DNA of 64,000 nucleotides from a virus, in IMG/VR virus record IMGVR_UViG_3300032047_000003, positions 32,001-96,000 of that record; one strand, given 5' to 3'. Position 1 is the stretch's first letter. The number at the start of each line of letters is the position of its first letter. The notes beneath the pieces are model-generated. The model did no database searches. It saw only the letters and a list, made by a program, of their open reading frames with translations, and was not told the origin of the DNA. Below are positions 1-9,031 of the stretch, in pieces. Made by a program: the position numbers and the translations under genes.

Positions 1-3000
1 TCCAGTAGAAGACTTACTGACAATAGGAACATTTTCCACTACATTGCTTTTTAATTTATTGTTGAAATCTTCTAGAGCGTAAGTGTAAGTTTCTGAAGTA
101 AAAGACAAATACCTTCTGTGTCTAAAAGGATTTGTAAACTCAAAATCAAACCTATCTTTCGACAAACCTCCGCTTCCCAATAAATTTATTTGATAACCAG
201 CTTCCAATTCACTAAGAGAATCAAAAGAAGAAGTCAGCAGTTCCCCTGCTTTCGAAGAGTATTCATACAAATCAAACTCTACCCCTTCTCCCTTAAAATA
301 AATATTAACTTTGTCTTCATCACCAATACTTGATTTTCCAACAGTTAAAATTAGCTTTGCTTTCCATTTTGAAAAGAAATTTCTAAATGCATTCTTTGCT
401 AAAACCGAACTTTTTAAAGTTTTGTTAACGGAACCAAGACTTTTATAGTAGTCGTCTGCAGCATTAGGATGGTAATCTTTTTCAATATAATCTGGAATAG
501 AGCTGTATTCAGGAGTAAAGTATATATTTCTAGGATCCTCAACACAAGAGTCCGCAGGCCTCAACACTACACTGATCCCTGATAAATCTTGACTGGATAA
601 ACCTGACATGGATCGATAAGTCTCTCCATTCAAAGAAAGAGTTTGTTTAAATATTTCAGAAGAAGCGACTGATCCAAAAATACCTTCTAGAATGTTATCT
701 AAATTTTCTTCTATGTCCATGTTCTCATCAAAGCATTTGCTTCCGTTTTGATTCTTAAACATGTTGTATCCACTTAGTTGAATCTCATATCGTTTTCCTG
801 GCGCTAAACTTAAAGTTTGACTAGTGCAACTCCATCTATTTAGAAAAGCCTCCTGAGCATATGTTTCCAAGTTGTCAGGCACTCCTCCCAGCGAGTCAGA
901 TCCACCGCTAAAATTAACAGAAAGAACAGTGCCCGAAGGATTTGGAGAGGCATCTACAGTTGGTATTGAAGTATTACCATCAACTCCATGTTGAGATTGA
1001 GTCAAGTAAACAGAATAAGTGCTTTTTTGTATTGCTTTTAAAATTACAAACTTATCACTTGGACCATTTTGGTTGTGCCCGTTAGCTCCGTTTATTGCAT
1101 CAATAAAATTATCTAAAGCCTTTTCAAATCTTAAAACAGTTTGAGTAGTAGGACTTGAGCCCGTCAAATCGTCACCGTTCAAAAAGACAACTTCACTTCC
1201 ATCTAGGTCTCCGTTATTGTGAACGGCTGCGGAACTTGATTCACACCTATAAGTAATTGAAGTACCGTCTGTAGATTCTAGAGTAACTTTAGACCCTGAA
1301 GCTAAATTCGTGTTTCCAAAATCAGCCATAAACATGACTCTACCTTCAGCAGTGCCAGGGCCTCGAACTGGCAAACATTCAATAGTAGACGCCAAGCCTC
1401 CTGAAAATCCATTTAAAGTTACATAATTTAAAGAAGAACCATTTGAAGTGATCGGAGTATTAAATCTTTCACCATAGTCTCTTGCCTCTAAATTCACAGT
1501 AGCTTGAGTTACTACGGGGTTGAAATCAGCAGTAAATCCAGAAGCAGAAATTGCATCTCCTAAGTTGACTGCCATTTCCTCTTTGCTTAAGCCAGTATAA
1601 AAATAATAATTAAAAGTATTTGGATTTTGAGTTCCATCTAAAGCAGGATCGTTAGTTGATTCATATACAAGAATTTCATGAAAAATATTTAAATTTGGAA
1701 CATCGTCAACGACTCTTCTCAAGTTTACAATCCAACCTGGATTGGCAAATCCCAAATCAGTTATTTCTATACTTCCAGTAGCTTTTATTGGGCTCCCTGC
1801 CAAAGCCATATAAGCTGCTGCGTACTGATGTCCCGCTAGTTCAAATTTTGCAAACTCAGTAGAAAATTCAATTTCAGTTCCATTTCTTGCAATTCCGTCT
1901 ATTGTTTCTCCATTCACTCTAGAAACAATAGAAAGTTGACTAGCAATCGCATCCCCAACTTGATATCCACCAGAATCAAAAATAGCATCTTCTCCAAGCT
2001 CCCACCATTCTGCAACTTTATCGTTAACCCAACTGTTGGCTCCAAATATATCTTTGTATTTTCTTTCTCCAAAAATGCTACTTGCTTCAATTGAAGTCAA
2101 ACGGTCTGAGTAAATTACGAAATCTTCTAAAGCGCCTCTAAAGTCTCTGCAAGGAGAAACAGGAAAAGCGAACAAAGAATAATACTCTTGGCTAGAAATT
2201 CCAGAAGTATTGCCAGAATCAAGGATTCCGCTTAACGCATTACTATACAAGCTTCCGTCTAAGTAAAGCTCTACTGTTGAAGAGTTTGTAAATTCCAAAT
2301 CCAGAACAATTGAAAAATGCTTCCAATTCAATTCTAAACCTTCTTCCGTAATGTCTATTAATCGATACAAGAAGCCTGTAGAACTTTTAACGTACATTAC
2401 AAGATGCTCGTTCATTTCCTGACCTTGGCTTATAGTTACGTTAGAATATTCTGGATCCAAAGGATGGTTTTTAGGATAGTCTAAAATCAATTCAAAATTA
2501 ACAACATTGTTTGCGTCGTAAATGCAAAATATAACCTGTTTTCCCGCATCTCCGCCTATCCAGTCAGCATACTGCTTGTTTAACCAAAAAGACAAAGACA
2601 TTCCCCTTCCTCCTAGGGAAGAAGGCTCCAGAACGTATTCGTTTAAAGTCTGTATTTTACCTGACAAATTAGCAGCTGTACCACTGTTGATTGGGGAGCC
2701 AGAATTTATTTGCAAAGCTCTATCAATTACCGCGGGTACTTGAACATTATAATTATACTCAAAACAACATTCTGGTTCTAAAAAATCAGAATAGTAATCA
2801 ATTGCACGAATTGGAGAAATTGCTTTTTGACCCAATATGCTTTTAGAAGTCATTCCTATGCTTGAAGAATTATCTTCAATTACCATAGTAGAATCACTCA
2901 ATTTTGATACCGTTATGTTTCCTGAACCTTTTATAAAAGTTCCATCTACTTTTGTCGAATCCATGTTTAAAACTAATTCGACGCCATCTGCAGCAGTATC

Positions 3001-4044
3001 AACTTTATTAGAATATAGTTTCGCATCCACAGTGATGTTGTTGCTGCTTTCTGTCAAGGTAATACCGTTGCCTTCCCTCAACGCAATAGACGTAATATTG
3101 TTAGAGCTATCAGTTAAATCTAAACTGACGATAGTTGACGAAACCGTACTCGAAGTAAGAGTGTAAGTAGACCCACCAGAACCACCCGTAGAACTAATCT
3201 CTATTTGGTTGGTATTATTGTTGTATCCTACCGTGGTATTGCCTAGTCCAATAATTTCAACCCCATCATAAGCTACTCCATTGTTTTCCAATTTAATAGT
3301 CGCCCCACCATTAATAGAACCAGCTCCTATTTCTACTAATGGGCAGTTTGGATCCCAAGCTATATCGCAAGTGCTAATGTTTAAAAATAATTCAGGATAC
3401 GCATTCTCACAAGAAAAGTCTCCTGAAAGATCTGGCCCTCCTTTTATTACTTGAGAAAAAATTTCATATAAATGCCTTTGAAATGAAAATTGTAGCTTTT
3501 CGTTTCCACTACAATTAGGGTCCAAGTCGCAAGCGTATATATCTTTATACAAAGTTCTTATATTCAAATCATTGCAATGAATTAAAGATCTAATCTCTGA
3601 ATCATCATACTCTTCAATTTCAAACTCTTCGCTAAGGATTGAGTCAATTTTGGAAGAAAGGCAATAGATAGCCCCTGTAATGGAATTAGGTTGACCTCTA
3701 GTTCCATCCCATAAGCAAGGTAAACCATGCTCAGTCGCCCAAGGCTCGGCAGTAACTGTCCAGCCGCTTACCCCTCCTCTTTCTGGATCTAATATGTCAT
3801 ACTCAGCCCAAGGTGCTGATCTGAATCCAGAGTATTTTGCATAAGGGCTTCTTTCAGGCCCATTGAATACTGGATATATGAATCTCTGCCAGTTGTAAAC
3901 GTAATTCGATTCAAAGTTTTTAACAGACTTTAAGAAAGATATCCTATCTCCTTCTCTTTCCAAAGACATAATAGACACCGTCTGTTGATATACTTGTTTT
4001 ATTAAACTTTGAAAATTTTCCTTTCCTAATGTTTCGTTAATCAT
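1..4044 (-). CDS. Large tail fibre/receptor-binding protein with LamG (ConA-like lectin) domain, partial (runs off left edge, >1348 aa)
   Basis: Not in the ORF track, consistent with no stop inside the window. ATG at 4044 overlaps the TAA of the upstream gene (TAATG). Hand translation of spot-checked segments: MINETLGKENFQSLIKQ..., fibre-like segment (IALREGNGITLTESSNNITVDA), LamG-like motifs at ~2090-2700 (WKHFSIVLD...VELYLDGSL; DFRGALEDFVIYSDRLT). Confidence 0.8.
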   Translation of the reverse strand, partial: MINETLGKENFQSLIKQVYQQTVSIMSLEREGDRISFLKSVKNFESNYVYNWQRFIYPVFNGPERSPYAKYSGFRSAPWAEYDILDPERGGVSGWTVTAEPWATEHGLPCLWDGTRGQPNSITGAIYCLSSKIDSILSEEFEIEEYDDSEIRSLIHCNDLNIRTLYKDIYACDLDPNCSGNEKLQFSFQRHLYEIFSQVIKGGPDLSGDFSCENAYPELFLNISTCDIAWDPNCPLVEIGAGSINGGATIKLENNGVAYDGVEIIGLGNTTVGYNNNTNQIEISSTGGSGGSTYTLTSSTVSSTIVSLDLTDSSNNITSIALREGNGITLTESSNNITVDAKLYSNKVDTAADGVELVLNMDSTKVDGTFIKGSGNITVSKLSDSTMVIEDNSSSIGMTSKSILGQKAISPIRAIDYYSDFLEPECCFEYNYNVQVPAVIDRALQINSGSPINSGTAANLSGKIQTLNEYVLEPSSLGGRGMSLSFWLNKQYADWIGGDAGKQVIFCIYDANNVVNFELILDYPKNHPLDPEYSNVTISQGQEMNEHLVMYVKSSTGFLYRLIDITEEGLELNWKHFSIVLDLEFTNSSTVELYLDGSLYSNALSGILDSGNTSGISSQEYYSLFAFPVSPCRDFRGALEDFVIYSDRLTSIEASSIFGERKYKDIFGANSWVNDKVAEWWELGEDAIFDSGGYQVGDAIASQLSIVSRVNGETIDGIARNGTEIEFSTEFAKFELAGHQYAAAYMALAGSPIKATGSIEITDLGFANPGWIVNLRRVVDDVPNLNIFHEILVYESTNDPALDGTQNPNTFNYYFYTGLSKEEMAVNLGDAISASGFTADFNPVVTQATVNLEARDYGERFNTPITSNGSSLNYVTLNGFSGGLASTIECLPVRGPGTAEGRVMFMADFGNTNLASGSKVTLESTDGTSITYRCESSSAAVHNNGDLDGSEVVFLNGDDLTGSSPTTQTVLRFEKALDNFIDAINGANGHNQNGPSDKFVILKAIQKSTYSVYLTQSQHGVDGNTSIPTVDASPNPSGTVLSVNFSGGSDSLGGVPDNLETYAQEAFLNRWSCTSQTLSLAPGKRYEIQLSGYNMFKNQNGSKCFDENMDIEENLDNILEGIFGSVASSEIFKQTLSLNGETYRSMSGLSSQDLSGISVVLRPADSCVEDPRNIYFTPEYSSIPDYIEKDYHPNAADDYYKSLGSVNKTLKSSVLAKNAFRNFFSKWKAKLILTVGKSSIGDEDKVNIYFKGEGVEFDLYEYSSKAGELLTSSFDSLSELEAGYQINLLGSGGLSKDRFDFEFTNPFRHRRYLSFTSETYTYALEDFNNKLKSNVVENVPIVSKSSTG

Positions 4045-6014
4045 TAAATCACCCTTACGCTAAAAGAATTAATATGAGGAACAGTATTAGTATCTGAACT
4101 TCTGATTACTGCCTTTACATATAACTTGTTGTAATCGCTAGAACTACCTATTATTTTTAAACTGTTTTCTTCTTCAATCCATGAAGAGTCAGTTTCAATA
4201 ACATTTATTTTAAAAAAAGAATACCTTATTCCATTTTCAACTTGCTCTATTATAGTATAATTTTCTAAAGAATTCATAAAATCAAATTTTTCTTCCGGAA
4301 TGTATTTCATTTTAAAACTGAAATTCTTTTCAAAACCCAAATAAACTTTTTCTCCTAAAAAGCCACTAGGATAAGCATACCCTTGAAACAAATACTTATG
4401 GTTGTAGGGATATAGTATATCTTTTGATTCAAAAATTTCTTGATCTGTTAACATTTCCTCTACGTCTTCATAAGAACTTAAACTCACTTCAATTTCATGA
4501 ATTCCTTTTTCAAATTTTATTAAACCGCTTTTTATAAAACCGTTTATTCTTACAGAAGCGCTACCTGCATCCAAGTACTTGCCTTCGATGTTTTCTACTT
4601 CAATGCAAGTTTTATAAACTTCTTTAGTTTTATCAAAAAACCAACCATTATCACTATTGTAAAGTTTTTTGTTTTGTTTAATATTCCTTTTAAAAACGAT
4701 ATTGTTTCTAGTAACACCTTTTATTTTTTCGCTTTCAATTTTAAAGTTTAAAAAATAATTTCCTTTAATTTGCAAAATAGAATATTCCGATTTACTTGAA
4801 TCTATTTTAACTCCATTTTGAGTTAAATCTAAAGTATCAAATCTAATTATATTTTGATTTTCTTTCCAAAAAGCTTCTTTCCAGTTTTCGTCGTCTACGG
4901 AAAGGTAAAAATTTACACTTGTTTTTTCTGGGAATATACAACATGTATCGCTACCAAGCTTTGCCATGGAAAAAGAAATAGGTTCATTTTTAGAATTTAA
5001 AACTTCATACGGCCCTGCATACATGGTTCCTGAAGTTTTTTCAATCTTGTCTTTTCTTATTTTTATTTTCGATATGTTAAAAAGATAAGAATAACCTCCC
5101 CCCTGTTTTTTTACATCGTAGCTTTCTTTTATTAAAGATATCCTCAATCTCTTTACATTCTCTTCGTTTATACAAGTAAAATTCTCGCCTGTCGAAAATC
5201 GCTTTATCCTTGGCTGAATAGCTCTATAGCTAGAGTTTTCTACTTCCACTTCAGTGCCATAATACATCTTAGAATTGGTTTCCATAGCCTTCCCTTGAAT
5301 CATTAAAGAACCAATATAAAGACCTTCTTGTTCCTTTAAGTCTATGTCTATCTCCAGGACAACTCTACCTTGCATTTCAGAACTTACAAATTCTGCTATC
5401 CATTCTTTTCCATTTGAAGTTAATATTTCTTTCACTTCAAAATTAGACCCCTGACTAACTCTCTTTAAAGAACTTCTAAACGAATATTTTATCTCTTTCC
5501 CACCCAAATCTATATATTCTTTTTTTGAATTTAAAGTACAATACCCATTGAAAAAATCAACAGAGCTATTGTTTAAATTTAAAAAGTCTTGACTCTTAAA
5601 GTCTTCACTTATCGAATGCAAAAATATGTCACTGCTAGAATAATTAATCAAAAGGTTGTTGAGCCTTTTTTCTATCGAATCTAAAGAAGAAGAAGTTCTA
5701 TTCAAGTAAGATTGCACGTAACATTTATCTGCATCAAGGAGCCCCACTATAGATTTACTTTCCTTAGCATGGTAATCTAAATCTTCTGCGACCGTTTCCA
5801 TATTTTTGTTAATCTTTTCTGCTGAAGCTTTTTCTAAAAACGAGTATTTTTTTAGAAAAGAGCCACTAGCTCCATAAAAGTTTACTTGCGGATTTTTTTT
5901 CTGAAAACCAATCAAGTATTCATTGATTTGACTTTCGGTAGGAACCCTATTGTTTTTTTTCAAATAATCTTTTACAAAAAATTTTGTTATTATCTTTGAA
6001 TAACTCTTGTTCAT
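4044..6014 (-). CDS. Virion structural protein, peripheral baseplate/fibre-attachment family (paralogue 3 of 3)
   Basis: 656 aa ORF translationally coupled to both neighbours. N-terminal helical region, then beta-sandwich motifs shared with 6011-9031 and 9028-11196. Confidence 0.6.
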   Translation of the reverse strand: MNKSYSKIITKFFVKDYLKKNNRVPTESQINEYLIGFQKKNPQVNFYGASGSFLKKYSFLEKASAEKINKNMETVAEDLDYHAKESKSIVGLLDADKCYVQSYLNRTSSSLDSIEKRLNNLLINYSSSDIFLHSISEDFKSQDFLNLNNSSVDFFNGYCTLNSKKEYIDLGGKEIKYSFRSSLKRVSQGSNFEVKEILTSNGKEWIAEFVSSEMQGRVVLEIDIDLKEQEGLYIGSLMIQGKAMETNSKMYYGTEVEVENSSYRAIQPRIKRFSTGENFTCINEENVKRLRISLIKESYDVKKQGGGYSYLFNISKIKIRKDKIEKTSGTMYAGPYEVLNSKNEPISFSMAKLGSDTCCIFPEKTSVNFYLSVDDENWKEAFWKENQNIIRFDTLDLTQNGVKIDSSKSEYSILQIKGNYFLNFKIESEKIKGVTRNNIVFKRNIKQNKKLYNSDNGWFFDKTKEVYKTCIEVENIEGKYLDAGSASVRINGFIKSGLIKFEKGIHEIEVSLSSYEDVEEMLTDQEIFESKDILYPYNHKYLFQGYAYPSGFLGEKVYLGFEKNFSFKMKYIPEEKFDFMNSLENYTIIEQVENGIRYSFFKINVIETDSSWIEEENSLKIIGSSSDYNKLYVKAVIRSSDTNTVPHINSFSVRVI

Positions 6015-9000
6015 CTAAATTTAAACCTTAAGGAATATAGCAAAGGGGAAAAGTATTCTCTCACTTCTTCTAAGTTGTAACTGAATAAATTCTTTTTGTA
6101 AAATAAATAGCAATTGCCTCTATCCAAAAGGAATTCGGCTGAATTAATATTTATTTTTTTGCTTGAAAAATCTACTTTGTAATCGTTTACTTTTTTAAGT
6201 ATATCATATTCAGCTATATAATTCGATACATTGTACTGGATACTTGCTGTTTCGTTCTGAAGAACTGCACTAGAGAAAAATATAATACTGTTTTGATAAT
6301 CTACGCTATAGAAGTTTCCTTGATTTTGACTGTTCTTCTTTCTGTAATAGTAAGAGTATCTAATGTTTTTAGGAAGACTGTTACCACCTCCGACAAATAC
6401 AGTTACTTCTCCGTCGCTAGAAATAAACCAATCTCCAAGAGAAGTTACATCTGTTACTACATTCTGTTCTTGAGAAGGAACAAAGTACTCTCCTTCATCT
6501 TCAAAAATTATTCCGGTCTCTTTATAATATAAACCTCTAGCCCCTACCGAGAAACTAACAGTTCCAATTGAACTTAGTATTTGATTGGTAAATTCATCTT
6601 CTATATGGCCCAAGCCTAAAAACTCAGTATTGCCATCAATGTAACCCTTTTCTTTAAATGGTTTGTCAAATGGATTTTCTAATATGTTCTTATCAATTAC
6701 AAAAGATCCTTCAAGTATATTTTCGTGCGAAAGCTCAAATGCTCTTTGCTCGCTTCCTGAAGGTGAAGAATTGTCTAATGTTTTCTGTCTTGAAACTGTT
6801 ATATTTTCTATATTAGAAAATACGCTTGGAATAGACGTATAAAGTTTCTGACTTATTGTTTCAGATTTAAAATTCTCCTTTAAAATCTTGATTCCAACTG
6901 GAGCAGAATCTTTTTCCCAGATTTCATATTCATCATTTTTCAACTTCTTTTTCTCTCTGTAAAAGAAATTTACTTTTATTAGCTTTCCTCTATCTAGAAA
7001 ATCATTTAAATGAAAAACGCTAGATTTTTCATCAAAGTAATATGCATAACCACTACCAGAGTAATTACTTAAGTCTAATAAAGACGAGACTTCCGTAAAA
7101 GAAATACTTGAAGAAATAGAAATACTATCTTTTTCAATTCCATTTTTGCCAAAAAAGAATCTTTTCTTACCAGGTCTTAAGCTAAACTCTCCAGATCTCC
7201 TTATTGCAGACAAATATTTGATTTCAATTTGCTCTTTATTGACGTCAAAAAAGAAATCAAATTTAGAATAAACGTAATCTGATTTTGAAAAAAACCTTAA
7301 TTGCTCTGGTTTCAACCACCATCGCACACGACCCCTTGAAGGAAACATATCCTTTAGGAAAATAATACAATTTTCTCCATAAGATACGAAAAACGTTCCA
7401 TTGCCTAGCAGTTCTACGGCTTCAACTGGTTCGTAATCTACATTGTTAATACTAATACCCAAATCTTCTTTTTCAATTTTTAAATTTTTTAAAGATATAG
7501 GTATATCGACTTTTATATAAAGACCGTCAGGAGTTGCTTGAATGCCATCTATCATGATGTTCAACTTCATAGTATCGCTCTTAATGTACTTTAAAGTTTT
7601 ATACCTCTTGTTCTTAGAAGTTCTATTCAGTCCAGTATCGCAAAAAACTGAAATTTTTTCTTTTTTAACTTCTCCTTCGAAGCTCATATTGCACGGATTT
7701 ACTTTTTTGCTAACTGTTTTGTTTTTATAAATCAATTCAGACAAATTTTCTTCATAAGAAGACTTGTTTTTAAAATCAAAATCTTTTCTTTCTAAAAAAT
7801 ATTTCCATTTAAAAAACTTTTCGTCTCCATTCAGCAAGAAAGTATTCTCTTCCCGTTCAATTTCTTTCCACTTTCCTTGAGAGTAAACCCCAATGTTTTC
7901 TCCATACAGGTCTCTTTGCTTTGGAAATACTTCTATTTCTGCTTCCCCAGCAAAAACCTCCACACCTAAAGGTATACTTTTCGAATAAGAAGATCCTTCT
8001 TTCGTATACTTTATAGACTTTGGTTCAATGTACCTTATAGATATTGAAAATCTTTTTCTTTCTCTCTCTCTCAACCTTCTTTCTTTTTTAACAACATTTG
8101 AATTCTCTTGTTTAAAAAGGATGCAAAATGAATCGCATTTTATTGGAAGGAAATTTAAAGTATAGTTTTCTCCAGATTCGCTGCTTATGTAAAATGAAGA
8201 AGCTTTGCATAAACTTTTTATTGACACTGTCTTGCTGTTCTTTTTGTAAAACAATACGTCTTCTATTTCAAAACCCAAGTTCTCTTCATTTAAAAAAGGA
8301 AAAATATCTATGCTGTTTAGAATAGATTCTCTTGCTAATTCAAAATTAAGTTTCAATGTTAACGGCCCAGAATCAAGTTTTTCATATTCAAAATAAACTT
8401 TTTGATCCTTATTTAAAATGTTATCCAAGTTTTGAGTATTGGAATCAATGCTCAAATCTGAATTTCCCGGAACTCCATTGCCTTCCCCGAGGTACAAGGA
8501 CTTAACTATAGCAACATCTTCAGATTTTATCGGAAGAGTGCAAAGCCCCATGTCATGGTTAAAGTTCAAATTGTTGGTTCCAGTTTTAAGATAATCCATG
8601 TTTGTAAAATTTTCTAAATGCAAAAAAGAAATGTTTTCTTTCCACAAATTTAAAGCTGATTTTTTTTGATTAATTCTTTTTACTTTTCCACGTATCGATT
8701 CTAGAAGAAAATTAATTTCATTCAATTCTGTAAAAAGTCTACTTTCAATAAAATTAAATACGTTATAACTGTTTATCAACTTCCTGTTTAACAAAGTGAC
8801 ATTGAAACCATAGTTTTCAATTAAAAGCTCGTCTCTTTCATCTACTAAAACAACTTGATTCAATGTTTCATTTTCTATTATTCTTACGTAATCAAGGAAC
8901 AAGCTTTCGTGTTGAATTCTCTCCTCCAATGTAATTCTGGAAGAAAGTTTCCCCTTAAATAATTTTGCTAATCCAAAATAAACAAAAGAATTAAGATCAT

Positions 9001-9031
9001 CTTCAACTAAATAAAAATTATTTGAACTCAT
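6011..9031 (-). CDS. Virion structural protein, peripheral baseplate family (paralogue 2 of 3)
   Basis: 1006 aa ORF with 4-nt overlaps on both sides; beta-rich, with YxVDYxxxxIxF-type motifs common in phage tail proteins. Confidence 0.6.
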   Translation of the reverse strand: MSSNNFYLVEDDLNSFVYFGLAKLFKGKLSSRITLEERIQHESLFLDYVRIIENETLNQVVLVDERDELLIENYGFNVTLLNRKLINSYNVFNFIESRLFTELNEINFLLESIRGKVKRINQKKSALNLWKENISFLHLENFTNMDYLKTGTNNLNFNHDMGLCTLPIKSEDVAIVKSLYLGEGNGVPGNSDLSIDSNTQNLDNILNKDQKVYFEYEKLDSGPLTLKLNFELARESILNSIDIFPFLNEENLGFEIEDVLFYKKNSKTVSIKSLCKASSFYISSESGENYTLNFLPIKCDSFCILFKQENSNVVKKERRLRERERKRFSISIRYIEPKSIKYTKEGSSYSKSIPLGVEVFAGEAEIEVFPKQRDLYGENIGVYSQGKWKEIEREENTFLLNGDEKFFKWKYFLERKDFDFKNKSSYEENLSELIYKNKTVSKKVNPCNMSFEGEVKKEKISVFCDTGLNRTSKNKRYKTLKYIKSDTMKLNIMIDGIQATPDGLYIKVDIPISLKNLKIEKEDLGISINNVDYEPVEAVELLGNGTFFVSYGENCIIFLKDMFPSRGRVRWWLKPEQLRFFSKSDYVYSKFDFFFDVNKEQIEIKYLSAIRRSGEFSLRPGKKRFFFGKNGIEKDSISISSSISFTEVSSLLDLSNYSGSGYAYYFDEKSSVFHLNDFLDRGKLIKVNFFYREKKKLKNDEYEIWEKDSAPVGIKILKENFKSETISQKLYTSIPSVFSNIENITVSRQKTLDNSSPSGSEQRAFELSHENILEGSFVIDKNILENPFDKPFKEKGYIDGNTEFLGLGHIEDEFTNQILSSIGTVSFSVGARGLYYKETGIIFEDEGEYFVPSQEQNVVTDVTSLGDWFISSDGEVTVFVGGGNSLPKNIRYSYYYRKKNSQNQGNFYSVDYQNSIIFFSSAVLQNETASIQYNVSNYIAEYDILKKVNDYKVDFSSKKININSAEFLLDRGNCYLFYKKNLFSYNLEEVREYFSPLLYSLRFKFR

